NCBI GenBank assembly: GCA_022510945.1
Contig: JAFLSK010000003.1
Span: forward strand, 1,513-65,512
Source of the DNA: Ruminococcus sp.
Lineage (GTDB): Bacteria > Bacillota > Clostridia > Oscillospirales > Acutalibacteraceae
DNA: 64,000 nt
Direction of reading: 5' to 3'
The position numbers were made by a program, and so were the translations under genes. Shown piece by piece: positions 39,025 to 47,754 of the stretch. The notes beneath the pieces are model-generated. The model was not told the DNA's origin. It ran no database searches and worked only from the letters and a program-made list of their open reading frames with translations. Every line of letters begins with the position of its first letter. The stretch's first letter is position 1.

Positions 39025-40752
39025 ATGTTTAAACTACGGCGATTTCTGCGCGGCTATAAGGTGCAACTCATAGTCGGGCCGCTGTGCAAGCTGTTCGAGG
39101 CGATACTCGAGCTGTTTGTGCCACTCGTTATGGCGGCGGTGATTGACAACGGAATACTCAGAAACGACCTCGGCTATGTACTCAGTATGGGCGGTGTGCT
39201 TGTGCTGCTCGGCGTCGTGGGGCTTTCTGCTGCGCTCGTGTGCCAGTATATGGCGTCCTACACCTCGCAGGGCGCGGGCACGAAAATCCGAAACGCGCTG
39301 TTTGAGCATATCGGTACGTTGTCGCACCGCGAACTCGACGAGCTCGGCACGCCGTCTCTGATAACGCGGATGACGAGTGACATAAACGCCGTTCAGGCGA
39401 ACATCGCGATGACAATGCGGCTTTTGCTGCGCGCTCCGTTTCTGATAATCGGCGCGCTCGTTATGGCGTGCTTTATAGACCTTAAAATTTCGCTGATTTT
39501 CTTCTTCGCGTCTGCGATAATCGGGGCGATTCTCTACCTCGTTATGTCGCGCTCGCTGCCGTTTTATAAAAAGGTACAATCGCTCGTGGATAGAATCTCT
39601 CTGCTTTCGCGCGAGAACCTTGAAGGAAACCGCGTAATCCGCGCGTTTTCAAAGCAACGCGCCCAGCAGGAGGCGCTTGATAAAGAGGGCGGGAACCTCG
39701 CAAAAATCTCGATACGCGTGGGTCGGCTGGCAGCTCTCTTAAACCCCGCGACCTACGTCGTGACCTACTCGGCGATTGCGCTGATTCTCTACTTCGGCGG
39801 CAAGCAGGTCGACGGCGGCGTTCTGCTCTCGGGCGATATAATCGCTCTGACGAGCTATATGATGCAGATTTTGCTCGCGATGATTGTGCTTGCGAACCTC
39901 GTCGTGTTGCTCTCGCGCGGAAACGCATCCGCGGCGCGAATCAACGAGGTTTTCGAGGTCGAGCCGTCTGTAACGGAGCGTTCCACATCGCCCGTAAAGC
40001 CCAAAGAAAACGCGCCGAAAATTGAGTTTTCGGGGGTTGATTTCACCTACGGCGACGGCGACAATGAACTCGAAAACATCAGCTTTACCATAGAAAAAAA
40101 TACATTTACGGGCATAATCGGAACAACCGGCTCGGGCAAAAGCACGCTCTTAAGCCTCATTCTCCGCTACTACGACACGAGTTCGGGTAGGGTGATGACG
40201 GACGGTGTAGATGTGCGCGATTATCCGTTCTCTCAGCTGCGCGGCAACGCGGGCGTTGTGCCGCAGAAGTCGGTGCTGTTCAGCGGAACGGTGCGCTCAA
40301 ATATGCTGTGGCAAAAGCCCGACGCGACCGACGACGAGATATGGCGCGCGCTCGAAATTGCTCAGGCGGCGGAATTTGTGCGCGAACTTCCGAACGGGCT
40401 CGGGTCGGCTGTCGCTCAGGGCGGAACTAACTTCTCGGGCGGTCAGCGGCAGAGGCTGTGCATAGCGCGCGCGCTTGTCGGAGAGCCCGAGCTGATAATC
40501 CTCGACGACAGCTTCTCCGCACTCGACTTCGCGACCGAAAAGGCTCTTCGAACAGAGCTTTTGAAGATGAAAAACACCACGATAATAATTGTAACGCAAC
40601 GCTGCTCCACGATTATGTCGGCGGACAAAATCCTCGTGCTCGAGGATGGAAAATTAGAGGGAGAAGGCACGCACGGCGAACTGTTCGAAAGCTGCTCCGC
40701 CTACCGCGAAATATGCCTATCGCAGCTAAAAAGCTCGGAGGTGCCGCGATGA
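39025..40752 (+). CDS. ABC exporter, fused TMD-NBD (degenerate-site subunit)
   Basis: 6 TM, GTTGSGKST, FSGGQRQR, Walker B LDDS (no catalytic Glu), TQR in place of the His switch. Confidence 0.93.
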   Translation: MFKLRRFLRGYKVQLIVGPLCKLFEAILELFVPLVMAAVIDNGILRNDLGYVLSMGGVLVLLGVVGLSAALVCQYMASYTSQGAGTKIRNALFEHIGTLSHRELDELGTPSLITRMTSDINAVQANIAMTMRLLLRAPFLIIGALVMACFIDLKISLIFFFASAIIGAILYLVMSRSLPFYKKVQSLVDRISLLSRENLEGNRVIRAFSKQRAQQEALDKEGGNLAKISIRVGRLAALLNPATYVVTYSAIALILYFGGKQVDGGVLLSGDIIALTSYMMQILLAMIVLANLVVLLSRGNASAARINEVFEVEPSVTERSTSPVKPKENAPKIEFSGVDFTYGDGDNELENISFTIEKNTFTGIIGTTGSGKSTLLSLILRYYDTSSGRVMTDGVDVRDYPFSQLRGNAGVVPQKSVLFSGTVRSNMLWQKPDATDDEIWRALEIAQAAEFVRELPNGLGSAVAQGGTNFSGGQRQRLCIARALVGEPELIILDDSFSALDFATEKALRTELLKMKNTTIIIVTQRCSTIMSADKILVLEDGKLEGEGTHGELFESCSAYREICLSQLKSSEVPR

Positions 40753-42488
40753 AAACTACGCTCAAAATCCTCCGCTACACCCGACCGCATTCGCTCTACT
40801 TCGTGCTCGCGATTATCTGCGCAGTGATAAGCGTGAGCCTCACGCTCTATATCCCCGTGCTCGTCGGCAACGCTATCGACTTTATGCTCGGCAAGGGTCA
40901 GGTGGACTTCGTAAAAATTACGGAAATAACCGTGAAAATCGCCGCTATGGTCGCGCTTGTCGCGCTGTTTCAGTGGCTTATGGGACACTGCACGAACGTA
41001 ATCTCCGCGCGCACGGTGCGCGATATGCGCAGTGATATTTTCCGAAAGCTGAACCGCGTTCCGCTTTCGTATATCGACGCTCACCCGCACGGCGACCTCA
41101 TCAGCCGTATCACCAACGATGTCGAGGCGGTCGGCGACGGACTCACTCAGGTTATAACACAGCTTTTCGCGGGTATCGTCACGATAGTCGGAACGCTGAT
41201 ATTTATGCTCTCGATTAATGTAAAAATCGCGCTCGTCGTAGTAATTCTCACGCCGATGTCTATCCTCGTCGCGGCGATTATCGGCAGAATGTGCGCGAAA
41301 AGTTTCCGCGACCAACAGGAACTTCAGGGAGAGATAAGCTCCTACGTCGAGGAAATCGTCGGCAACCAGAAAACGGTCAAAGCGTTCGCGTTCGAGAGCC
41401 GCTCCGCCGAGGAGTTCGGCGAAAAAAACAAGCGGCTGTTTAAGGTCGGTCTGCGCGCGCAGTTCGCGGGCGCGCTTGCGAACCCGTGTACGCGATTCGT
41501 CAACAATATGGTCTACGCCGCGACGGGTATTATCGGCGCGGTGACGGTGCTTAACGCGTTTATGGGCATGCTCACTATCGGCCAGCTGTCGTGCTTTCTG
41601 ACCTACGCGAACCAGTACACAAAGCCGTTCAACGAGGTTACGGGAGTGCTCACGCAGATTCAGACAGCCCTCGCCGCGGGCGGCAGAATTTTCGCCGTGC
41701 TCGAAAGCGACGACGAGCCCGCAGACGACGACAAAAAACAGATAGAAAACGTAAAAGGCGATATTGAATTTAAAAATGTGAGGTTCTCCTATACTCCCGA
41801 GAAACCGCTTATCGAGGACTTCTCTCTCAGCGTAAAAAGCGGTCAGCAGGTCGCGATAGTCGGACCCACGGGCTGCGGAAAAACCACGCTGATTAACCTT
41901 ATTATGCGCTTTTATGAGGTGCAAAGCGGCGAGATTCTTATTGACGGCGTAAACACGCGCGATATCCGCCGGAAGGACCTTCGCCACCTGTTCGGCATGG
42001 TGCTTCAGGACAGCTGGCTTATGCACGGCACGATTATGGAAAACCTGCGCTACGGTAATCCCGACGCGACCGACGACGAGGTCATCGCGGCGGCAAAGCT
42101 ATCCTACGCGCACAGCTTTATCCGTAAGATGCCGCACGGCTACGACACCGTTATCACAGAGGGCGGCTCAAACCTCTCCGCGGGACAAAAACAGCTTTTG
42201 TGTATCGCCCGCGCGATGGTGCTAAATCCGCCTATGCTTATCCTCGACGAGGCGACTTCGTCGATAGATACCCTAACCGAAATCCGCGTGCAAAAGGCTT
42301 TTCGTAAGCTTATGCAGGAGCGCACGAGCTTTGTCGTTGCGCACCGCCTCTCGACGATAAGGGAGAGCGACATTATCCTCGTGATGAACAAGGGCAATAT
42401 CGTCGAGCAGGGCAGCCACGAAGAACTGCTCTCGAAAAAGGGCTTCTACTTTGAACTTTACAACAGCCAGTTTTCCTTTGACGGTTGA
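40749..42488 (+). CDS. ABC exporter, fused TMD-NBD (partner subunit)
   Basis: Start at MKTTLK (ATGA overlap); GPTGCGKTT, LSAGQKQ, LDEATS, AHRL; heterodimer pattern like TM287/288. Confidence 0.93.
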   Translation: MKTTLKILRYTRPHSLYFVLAIICAVISVSLTLYIPVLVGNAIDFMLGKGQVDFVKITEITVKIAAMVALVALFQWLMGHCTNVISARTVRDMRSDIFRKLNRVPLSYIDAHPHGDLISRITNDVEAVGDGLTQVITQLFAGIVTIVGTLIFMLSINVKIALVVVILTPMSILVAAIIGRMCAKSFRDQQELQGEISSYVEEIVGNQKTVKAFAFESRSAEEFGEKNKRLFKVGLRAQFAGALANPCTRFVNNMVYAATGIIGAVTVLNAFMGMLTIGQLSCFLTYANQYTKPFNEVTGVLTQIQTALAAGGRIFAVLESDDEPADDDKKQIENVKGDIEFKNVRFSYTPEKPLIEDFSLSVKSGQQVAIVGPTGCGKTTLINLIMRFYEVQSGEILIDGVNTRDIRRKDLRHLFGMVLQDSWLMHGTIMENLRYGNPDATDDEVIAAAKLSYAHSFIRKMPHGYDTVITEGGSNLSAGQKQLLCIARAMVLNPPMLILDEATSSIDTLTEIRVQKAFRKLMQERTSFVVAHRLSTIRESDIILVMNKGNIVEQGSHEELLSKKGFYFELYNSQFSFDG

Positions 42489-42513
42489 CAACGAAATTTT
42501 GCTGTGATAAAAT
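42485..42513 (+). promoter_or_regulatory. SigA promoter of valS
   Basis: TTGACA-N17-TAAAAT with TGn extension. Confidence 0.75.
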
Positions 42514-42529
42514 AGCAGTAATTTGATAG

Positions 42530-42805
42530 AAAAAGGCTGTGATGAGGAGGTTCTCCTCCGCGAAAGCAAAGAGAGAAGGCGGTTGGTGCGAGCCTTCGTG
42601 ACGCGGCGTTGAATGTAGCCTCTGAGCCTTGGACTGAACATTTCGATTAGTAGGCTCCAACGGGCTCCGACCGTTATATCGGAACGTATCGGACTTTTCT
42701 CTGTTGTGATGAGAGGAAAATCCCGTACAAGAGTGCAGATTTATTCTGAATTTAGGTGGTACCACGGACACTGTTCGCCCTGAGCTTTTGCTCGGGGCGT
42801 TTTTG
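42530..42805 (+). ncRNA. T-box riboswitch (Val) with terminator
   Basis: Stem I AGAGA...GGTG(C)GA motifs, GTA specifier at 42615-42617, T-box AATTTAGGTGGTACCACG 42749-42766, terminator CGCCCTGAGC-tttt-GCTCGGGGCG-TTTTT. Confidence 0.92.
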
Positions 42806-42843
42806 ATATGTAAAAAATCAACTAATATAAAGGAGAGAACAGA

Positions 42844-45540
42844 ATGAAGAAAGAACTTGCCAAGTCGTACAGTCCGCGCGACTTCGAGGACAGAATCTAC
42901 GACTTCTGGATGAAGGGCAACTACTTCCACGCCGAGGTAGACCCCGACAAAAAACCGTACACTATCGTTATGCCGCCGCCGAACATCACCGGCCAGCTCC
43001 ATATGGGTCACGCGCTCGACGAGACCTTACAGGATATTCTTATCCGCTGGAGAAGAATGCTGGGCTACTCCGCTCTGTGGCTGCCGGGCACCGACCACGC
43101 GTCTATCGCGACAGAGGCGAAAATCGTCGAGGCTATGCGCAAGGAAGGCGTTTCGAAAGACGACCTCGGCCGCGAAAAATTCCTTGAACGCGCGTGGGAG
43201 TGGAAGCGTGTCTACGGCGGACGAATCACCGAACAGCTCAAAAAGCTCGGTTCGTCGTGCGACTGGCAGCGCGAGCGTTTTACAATGGATGAGGGCTGCT
43301 CAAAGGCTGTCCGCGAGGTTTTCGTTAAACTTTACGAAAACGGAAAAATCTACCGCGGTAACCGTATGGTAAACTGGTGTCCGCATTGTAATACCTCAAT
43401 CTCCGACGCTGAGGTTGAGTACAGAGAGCAGGACGGCAACTTCTGGCATTTGCTCTATCAGGTTAAGGAAACGGGCGAGTATCTCGAGCTCGCGACCACA
43501 CGTCCCGAGACTATGCTCGGCGATACAGCCGTTGCGATAAACGCGCGCGACGAACGCTACAAGCACCTCCACGGCTGCCACGTTATCCTGCCGCTTCTGA
43601 ATAAAGAAATCCCGATTGTATGCGACGACCACGCCGATATGGAAAAGGGTACGGGTGTTGTAAAAATTACTCCCGCTCACGACCCGAACGACTACGAGGT
43701 AGGTCAGCGTTGCAACCTCCCGATTGTCCGTTGCTTTACCTACGACGGCCATATGACGGGTGCAGAGGACGTCAAGCAGTACGAGGAGCTCAAGGAGAAG
43801 GGCAACCTCGCCGAGAACGAGCCCGAGGTGCTCGACTGCGGAAAGTACGCGGGACTTACTACCATTGAGGCGAGAAAAGTTATGCTCGAGGACCTCAAGG
43901 CATGCGGCGCGCTCAAAGAGGTTGAACCGCTTACTCACGACGTAGGCACCTGCTACCGCTGCCACACGACTATCGAGCCGATGGTTTCCAAGCAGTGGTT
44001 CGTCAAGATGGCTCCGCTCGCAGGACCCGCTATCGACTGCGTGCGCGAGGGCAAGACGAGAATTATCCCCGACCGCTTTGAAAAGGTTTACTACCACTGG
44101 ATGGAGAACATAAAGGATTGGTGTATCTCGCGCCAGCTTTGGTGGGGTCACAGAATCCCCGCGTGGTACTGCGACGACTGCGGCGAAGTTATCGTTTCTA
44201 AGGACGTTCCGACCACTTGCCCGAAATGCGGCAAGGACCACCTCACTCAGGATGATGACACGCTCGACACATGGTTCAGCTCGGCTCTGTGGCCGTTCTC
44301 GACCCTCGGATGGCCCGAGAAAACGCCCGAGCTGGAGTATTTCTTCCCGACCAACACCCTCGTTACGGGTTACGATATCATCTTCTTCTGGGTTGCGAGA
44401 ATGATTTTCTCCTCCTGCGAGCAGATGAACAGCCAGCCGTTCGACACCGTGTTTATGCACGGTATCGTGCGCGACGAAAACGGTCTCAAGATGTCGAAAT
44501 CCCTCGGCAACGGAATCGACCCGCTCGAGATTATCGACAAGTACGGCGCGGACGCGCTGCGCTTCTTCCTCGCTACGGGCAACTCGCCGGGTAACGATAT
44601 GCGATTCTCCGAAAAGCGCGTTGAGGCGTGCGCTAACTTCGCGAACAAGCTGTGGAACGCGAGCCGTTTTGTGCATATGAATATCGACGATTTCGACGTG
44701 AAGAACGAGCTCCCGAAAACGCTCACGACCGAGGACAAGTGGATAGTTTCCTCGCTCAACAGCGTGGCAAAGGAAGTCAACGAGAACCTCGAGAAGTTCG
44801 AACTCGGCGTTGCCGTGCAGAAACTCTACGACTTTATCTGGGATTGCTTCTGCGACTGGTATATCGAGCTTGCTAAGGCTCGACTTCAGGGCGAGGGCGA
44901 AACTGCGCAGAACGCCCGTCAGGTGCTGTTGTGGACTCTCGAGAAGATTCTGAGACTTCTCCACCCGTTTATGCCGTACATCACCGAGGAAATCTGGCAG
45001 ACACTGCCCGATAACACGGGTGAGACGGTAATGCTCAGCGAGTACCCGCAGTACGACGAGGCGCTCGACTTCCCGCAGGCAGTAGCCGCTATGGAGAAGG
45101 TTATGGACGCAATCCGCGCAATCCGCAACCGCCGCAACGAGATGAACGTTCCGCCGTCAAAGAAGGCGAAGGTTTATATCGCTACTAAACTTTCGGATAT
45201 TTTCGAGCAGGGCGCGGCGTTCGTGTGCCGCCTTGCTTCCGCAAGCGAGGTCGAGGTCGGCGAAAGTTTCGACATCGAGGGCGCGGTGAACGTTGTAACC
45301 GCCGACGCGAAGATTTACATTCCGATGGAGCAGCTCGTCGATAAAACCGCGGAACTCGACCGACTTAACAAGGAACTCGCGCAGGTCGAGAAACGTCTCG
45401 CGCAGAGCGAGGGCAAACTCAACAATCAGGGATTTGTCGCAAAGGCTCCCGCCGCCGTAGTCGAAAAGGTTAAGGGACAAGCCGAAAAAGAGCGCGAACA
45501 AATCGCAATGATTAAAGCCGCTATCGAAGCGCTTAAATAA
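42844..45540 (+). CDS. valS: Valyl-tRNA synthetase
   Basis: PPPNITGQLHMGH, DWCISRQLWWGH, KMSKS, C-terminal coiled coil. Confidence 0.99.
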   Translation: MKKELAKSYSPRDFEDRIYDFWMKGNYFHAEVDPDKKPYTIVMPPPNITGQLHMGHALDETLQDILIRWRRMLGYSALWLPGTDHASIATEAKIVEAMRKEGVSKDDLGREKFLERAWEWKRVYGGRITEQLKKLGSSCDWQRERFTMDEGCSKAVREVFVKLYENGKIYRGNRMVNWCPHCNTSISDAEVEYREQDGNFWHLLYQVKETGEYLELATTRPETMLGDTAVAINARDERYKHLHGCHVILPLLNKEIPIVCDDHADMEKGTGVVKITPAHDPNDYEVGQRCNLPIVRCFTYDGHMTGAEDVKQYEELKEKGNLAENEPEVLDCGKYAGLTTIEARKVMLEDLKACGALKEVEPLTHDVGTCYRCHTTIEPMVSKQWFVKMAPLAGPAIDCVREGKTRIIPDRFEKVYYHWMENIKDWCISRQLWWGHRIPAWYCDDCGEVIVSKDVPTTCPKCGKDHLTQDDDTLDTWFSSALWPFSTLGWPEKTPELEYFFPTNTLVTGYDIIFFWVARMIFSSCEQMNSQPFDTVFMHGIVRDENGLKMSKSLGNGIDPLEIIDKYGADALRFFLATGNSPGNDMRFSEKRVEACANFANKLWNASRFVHMNIDDFDVKNELPKTLTTEDKWIVSSLNSVAKEVNENLEKFELGVAVQKLYDFIWDCFCDWYIELAKARLQGEGETAQNARQVLLWTLEKILRLLHPFMPYITEEIWQTLPDNTGETVMLSEYPQYDEALDFPQAVAAMEKVMDAIRAIRNRRNEMNVPPSKKAKVYIATKLSDIFEQGAAFVCRLASASEVEVGESFDIEGAVNVVTADAKIYIPMEQLVDKTAELDRLNKELAQVEKRLAQSEGKLNNQGFVAKAPAAVVEKVKGQAEKEREQIAMIKAAIEALK

Positions 45541-45576
45541 TAAAAATAGCTAAATTTGCTTCGCAAGCTATAAAAT

Positions 45577-45610
45577 AAAAACCTCGGTTATGTTACAAAC
45601 CGAGGTTTTT
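45577..45610. terminator. Bidirectional terminator between valS and the PadR cassette
   Basis: AAAACCTCGGTT...AACCGAGGTTTT. Confidence 0.8.
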
Positions 45611-45620
45611 GTTATATTTT

Positions 45621-46664
45621 CTACTCAAGTTCATTTCGTCTCGCTTTAATCCACGCTCTGCGTGAGTCAATACCGCTTTTGACTATCTTCCATATTCCCC
45701 AAAGAATCGGGATTTCCACCGCTAACATAAGCAAAATATAAGCGATTGAGTCGGTATATGATTCAAATCCGCTGGTCAAAGCCGTTGTTGCATAGGATAA
45801 TGCGGTTACGATTACGGGCAAAAGCCTGAAGAAAAGCTTTTGCTTTTCTGTGCGGTTACAGGATTTTTCCTCACGGTCAAGGAAGGCTTCGAGCGTAAGC
45901 TCGCCTTTTCCCCTTCTGAGGTTTCTTTTTTTCGCTCTAAAAAATCTTTTCTCCATTGCGGCTGAAAATTCAGGGGTAACATCTTTTTCAACCAAATCGG
46001 AAAATTTGACCTTCTGCCGCTTAATTCGTTTGTGGGACAGCGGATAATACGTCGCAAGATAAAGCCCCGAAACCAACGCCACAATCCATGTCGGAGCGTC
46101 AAACAAAGTAAAATTGTTGAAGTTAAAAAGAGCAAAAGTGCCCATAGAGGTTACGACTGCTTCAACGCAGATTATTGCGTTAAGAACATCGACGGAAATT
46201 CGCTTCGTTTTGAACATAATATGACGTGTGACAATGTTGGTTATGAAGAAAAGAACGCCTAATATAATAGCACACGAAATGTTCTGAGTGCTGATAAGGT
46301 GCCAAAAGTCAACATCGTCGGTATTTGTCGTGTCAAGTAACAGCCAAAAAATATCAATGGCTGAAAACGCAACGAGAAACCACGCAATTATTTTTATCCA
46401 GTCAAAAATAAGAAGAATGCGGTTTTTGAGCCCGAAATCGGAGCAGAAGGTTTTGCAGAACCTCTCCACATTATTGCCGACTATGCTTCTGACGGGCTTT
46501 CCGGCGTTCTGTGAGGTCAGGAAAATATCAAGCAACTCGCCGAGGCGTTCTTCGACGGTGTACAAGTCTATATTCTGCGTAGTCACATACACCTCTACCT
46601 GCTCAAAAGCATATCTGTATTCCGCGTTCAGTTTTTCCTTGTAGAAAACGTAGCTGTCTTTCAT
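45621..46664 (-). CDS. DUF1048/DUF1129-like membrane protein
   Basis: N-terminal ELLDIFLTSQNAGKPVRSIVGNNVERFC motif followed by ~6 TM; overlaps the PadR stop. Confidence 0.7.
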   Translation of the reverse strand: MKDSYVFYKEKLNAEYRYAFEQVEVYVTTQNIDLYTVEERLGELLDIFLTSQNAGKPVRSIVGNNVERFCKTFCSDFGLKNRILLIFDWIKIIAWFLVAFSAIDIFWLLLDTTNTDDVDFWHLISTQNISCAIILGVLFFITNIVTRHIMFKTKRISVDVLNAIICVEAVVTSMGTFALFNFNNFTLFDAPTWIVALVSGLYLATYYPLSHKRIKRQKVKFSDLVEKDVTPEFSAAMEKRFFRAKKRNLRRGKGELTLEAFLDREEKSCNRTEKQKLFFRLLPVIVTALSYATTALTSGFESYTDSIAYILLMLAVEIPILWGIWKIVKSGIDSRRAWIKARRNELE

Positions 46665-46990
46665 ATATCTTTTTCTCCTCTCAAAACGGCGTCTGCCGCT
46701 GTCGTAATTTTTTCATAATTTACCTTGAAGTTCCCGAGCGATTTTATTCCGTCCTCTGTAATGGAGTAGTACTTTCGAATCGGCCCGTAGGGGGATTTTG
46801 CCTTTCGGCAGGAAATGAAGTTCTTTTTTTCCAGGCGCGTAAGCACAGGGTACAATGTGCCCTCTAAAAGTGACTCAAAGCCGCTCTTCTCAAGGCGTGC
46901 CAGAATTTCATATCCGTAGGTTTCTCCGTCGGCGATAATGGCTAAGATACAACCCTCCAAAATGCCCTTTAACAGCTGAGCTTCGTCCAT
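46661..46990 (-). CDS. PadR-family transcriptional regulator
   Basis: QLLKGILEGCIL, YGYEI, EGTLYPVLTRLE, GPIRKYYSIT. Confidence 0.93.
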   Translation of the reverse strand: MDEAQLLKGILEGCILAIIADGETYGYEILARLEKSGFESLLEGTLYPVLTRLEKKNFISCRKAKSPYGPIRKYYSITEDGIKSLGNFKVNYEKITTAADAVLRGEKDI

Positions 46991-47009
46991 TTTCTGTGCC
47001 CCCTTTGCT

Positions 47010-47071
47010 CTACTATGCTATGTCAAGTAGCGAAACATAATATAACACACCTACTTTGTAATGTCAAGTAG
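47010..47071. promoter_or_regulatory. Two putative PadR operators overlapping the padR promoter
   Basis: CTACT-N11-AGTAG at 47010-47030 and 47051-47071; minus-strand TTGACA (47067-47062)-N17-TATATT. Confidence 0.7.
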
Positions 47072-47229
47072 GGTTGAAAATTTTTTTAGAGAAGCTGAGA
47101 GTAGATTGAAAAGCTGCAACTCTCTTACAATCTTGTTATCTATGCCTACAATCTTAATACCTTTCTTTTATTTGACATTTTTTGCTTTATAATAGAGAGT
47201 GGAATGAAGTATATTGTGGGGGTATTATT

Positions 47230-47754
47230 ATGAATAAACACACTGTTTTTATAGCCGGCAAGCGCTTTGTGCTCGTAAGCGACGAGAAAGAGGCTTACGT
47301 CCAGTCGCTCGCGTCCGAGGTTAACAACGCGATTGCGAAAATTTCCGAGGAGATTCCTGCTCTCGAGAGCAAAAGCTGCGCGGTGCTCTGCGCGCTTAAC
47401 TACGCTGACGAGCGCAACAAGGAGTACCAGCGCAACCGCAGCCTTTCGGGCAACGCAAAGACCGTTATCGACCAGGCGGACAAGCAGGGCAAACAGCTTC
47501 GCGAGATGAAGGAAAAGCTTAGCCGCGCCGAGGAGACCGTAAAGGCACTCAACAACCACAATGTTGAGTTAGAGCGCAGTCACAAGCAGCTTAGCAATGA
47601 AAACGAGTTGCTGCGCAAAAAGATAGAGGAGCTCAATTCCCATATCGAGGAGTTGAAGGCGGCAGCCGCACAAAAAGACGTGCAGGCCACTCCCGTAAAA
47701 GTAGCTGAGGAAGAAGAGCCAAAGCAGCAGATTTCGCTGTTTGACAATGAATAA
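47230..47754 (+). CDS. zapA: Cell division protein ZapA family, with extended coiled coil
   Basis: VFIAGKRFVL...EAYVQSLASEVN...AVLCALNYADE then heptad repeats. Confidence 0.8.
   Translation: MNKHTVFIAGKRFVLVSDEKEAYVQSLASEVNNAIAKISEEIPALESKSCAVLCALNYADERNKEYQRNRSLSGNAKTVIDQADKQGKQLREMKEKLSRAEETVKALNNHNVELERSHKQLSNENELLRKKIEELNSHIEELKAAAAQKDVQATPVKVAEEEEPKQQISLFDNE

Noticed and set aside
40458-40748. N-terminal extensions in the ORF track (second ABC gene; likewise parB, rsmG, minD, dut, the lipoprotein and the GldG-like gene)
   Set aside because: Upstream in-frame extensions overlap neighbouring genes or lack an RBS; starts were reassigned
42373-43011. 212-aa minus-strand ORF over the valS leader
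   Set aside because: Overlaps the T-box and two sense genes; no coding features
43396-44964. 522-aa antisense ORF inside valS (also long antisense ORFs opposite gyrB, gyrA, mreB, aspS, the ABC genes and the GldG-like gene)
   Set aside because: Shadow frames produced by codon bias of well-conserved sense genes; no RBS, no recognisable motifs
45621-46990. PadR cassette as a mobile element
   Set aside because: No transposase, integrase, terminal repeats or target duplication visible
47172-47193. TTGACA...TATAAT upstream of zapA
   Set aside because: Spacer is only 10 bp, so the two hexamers cannot form one SigA promoter
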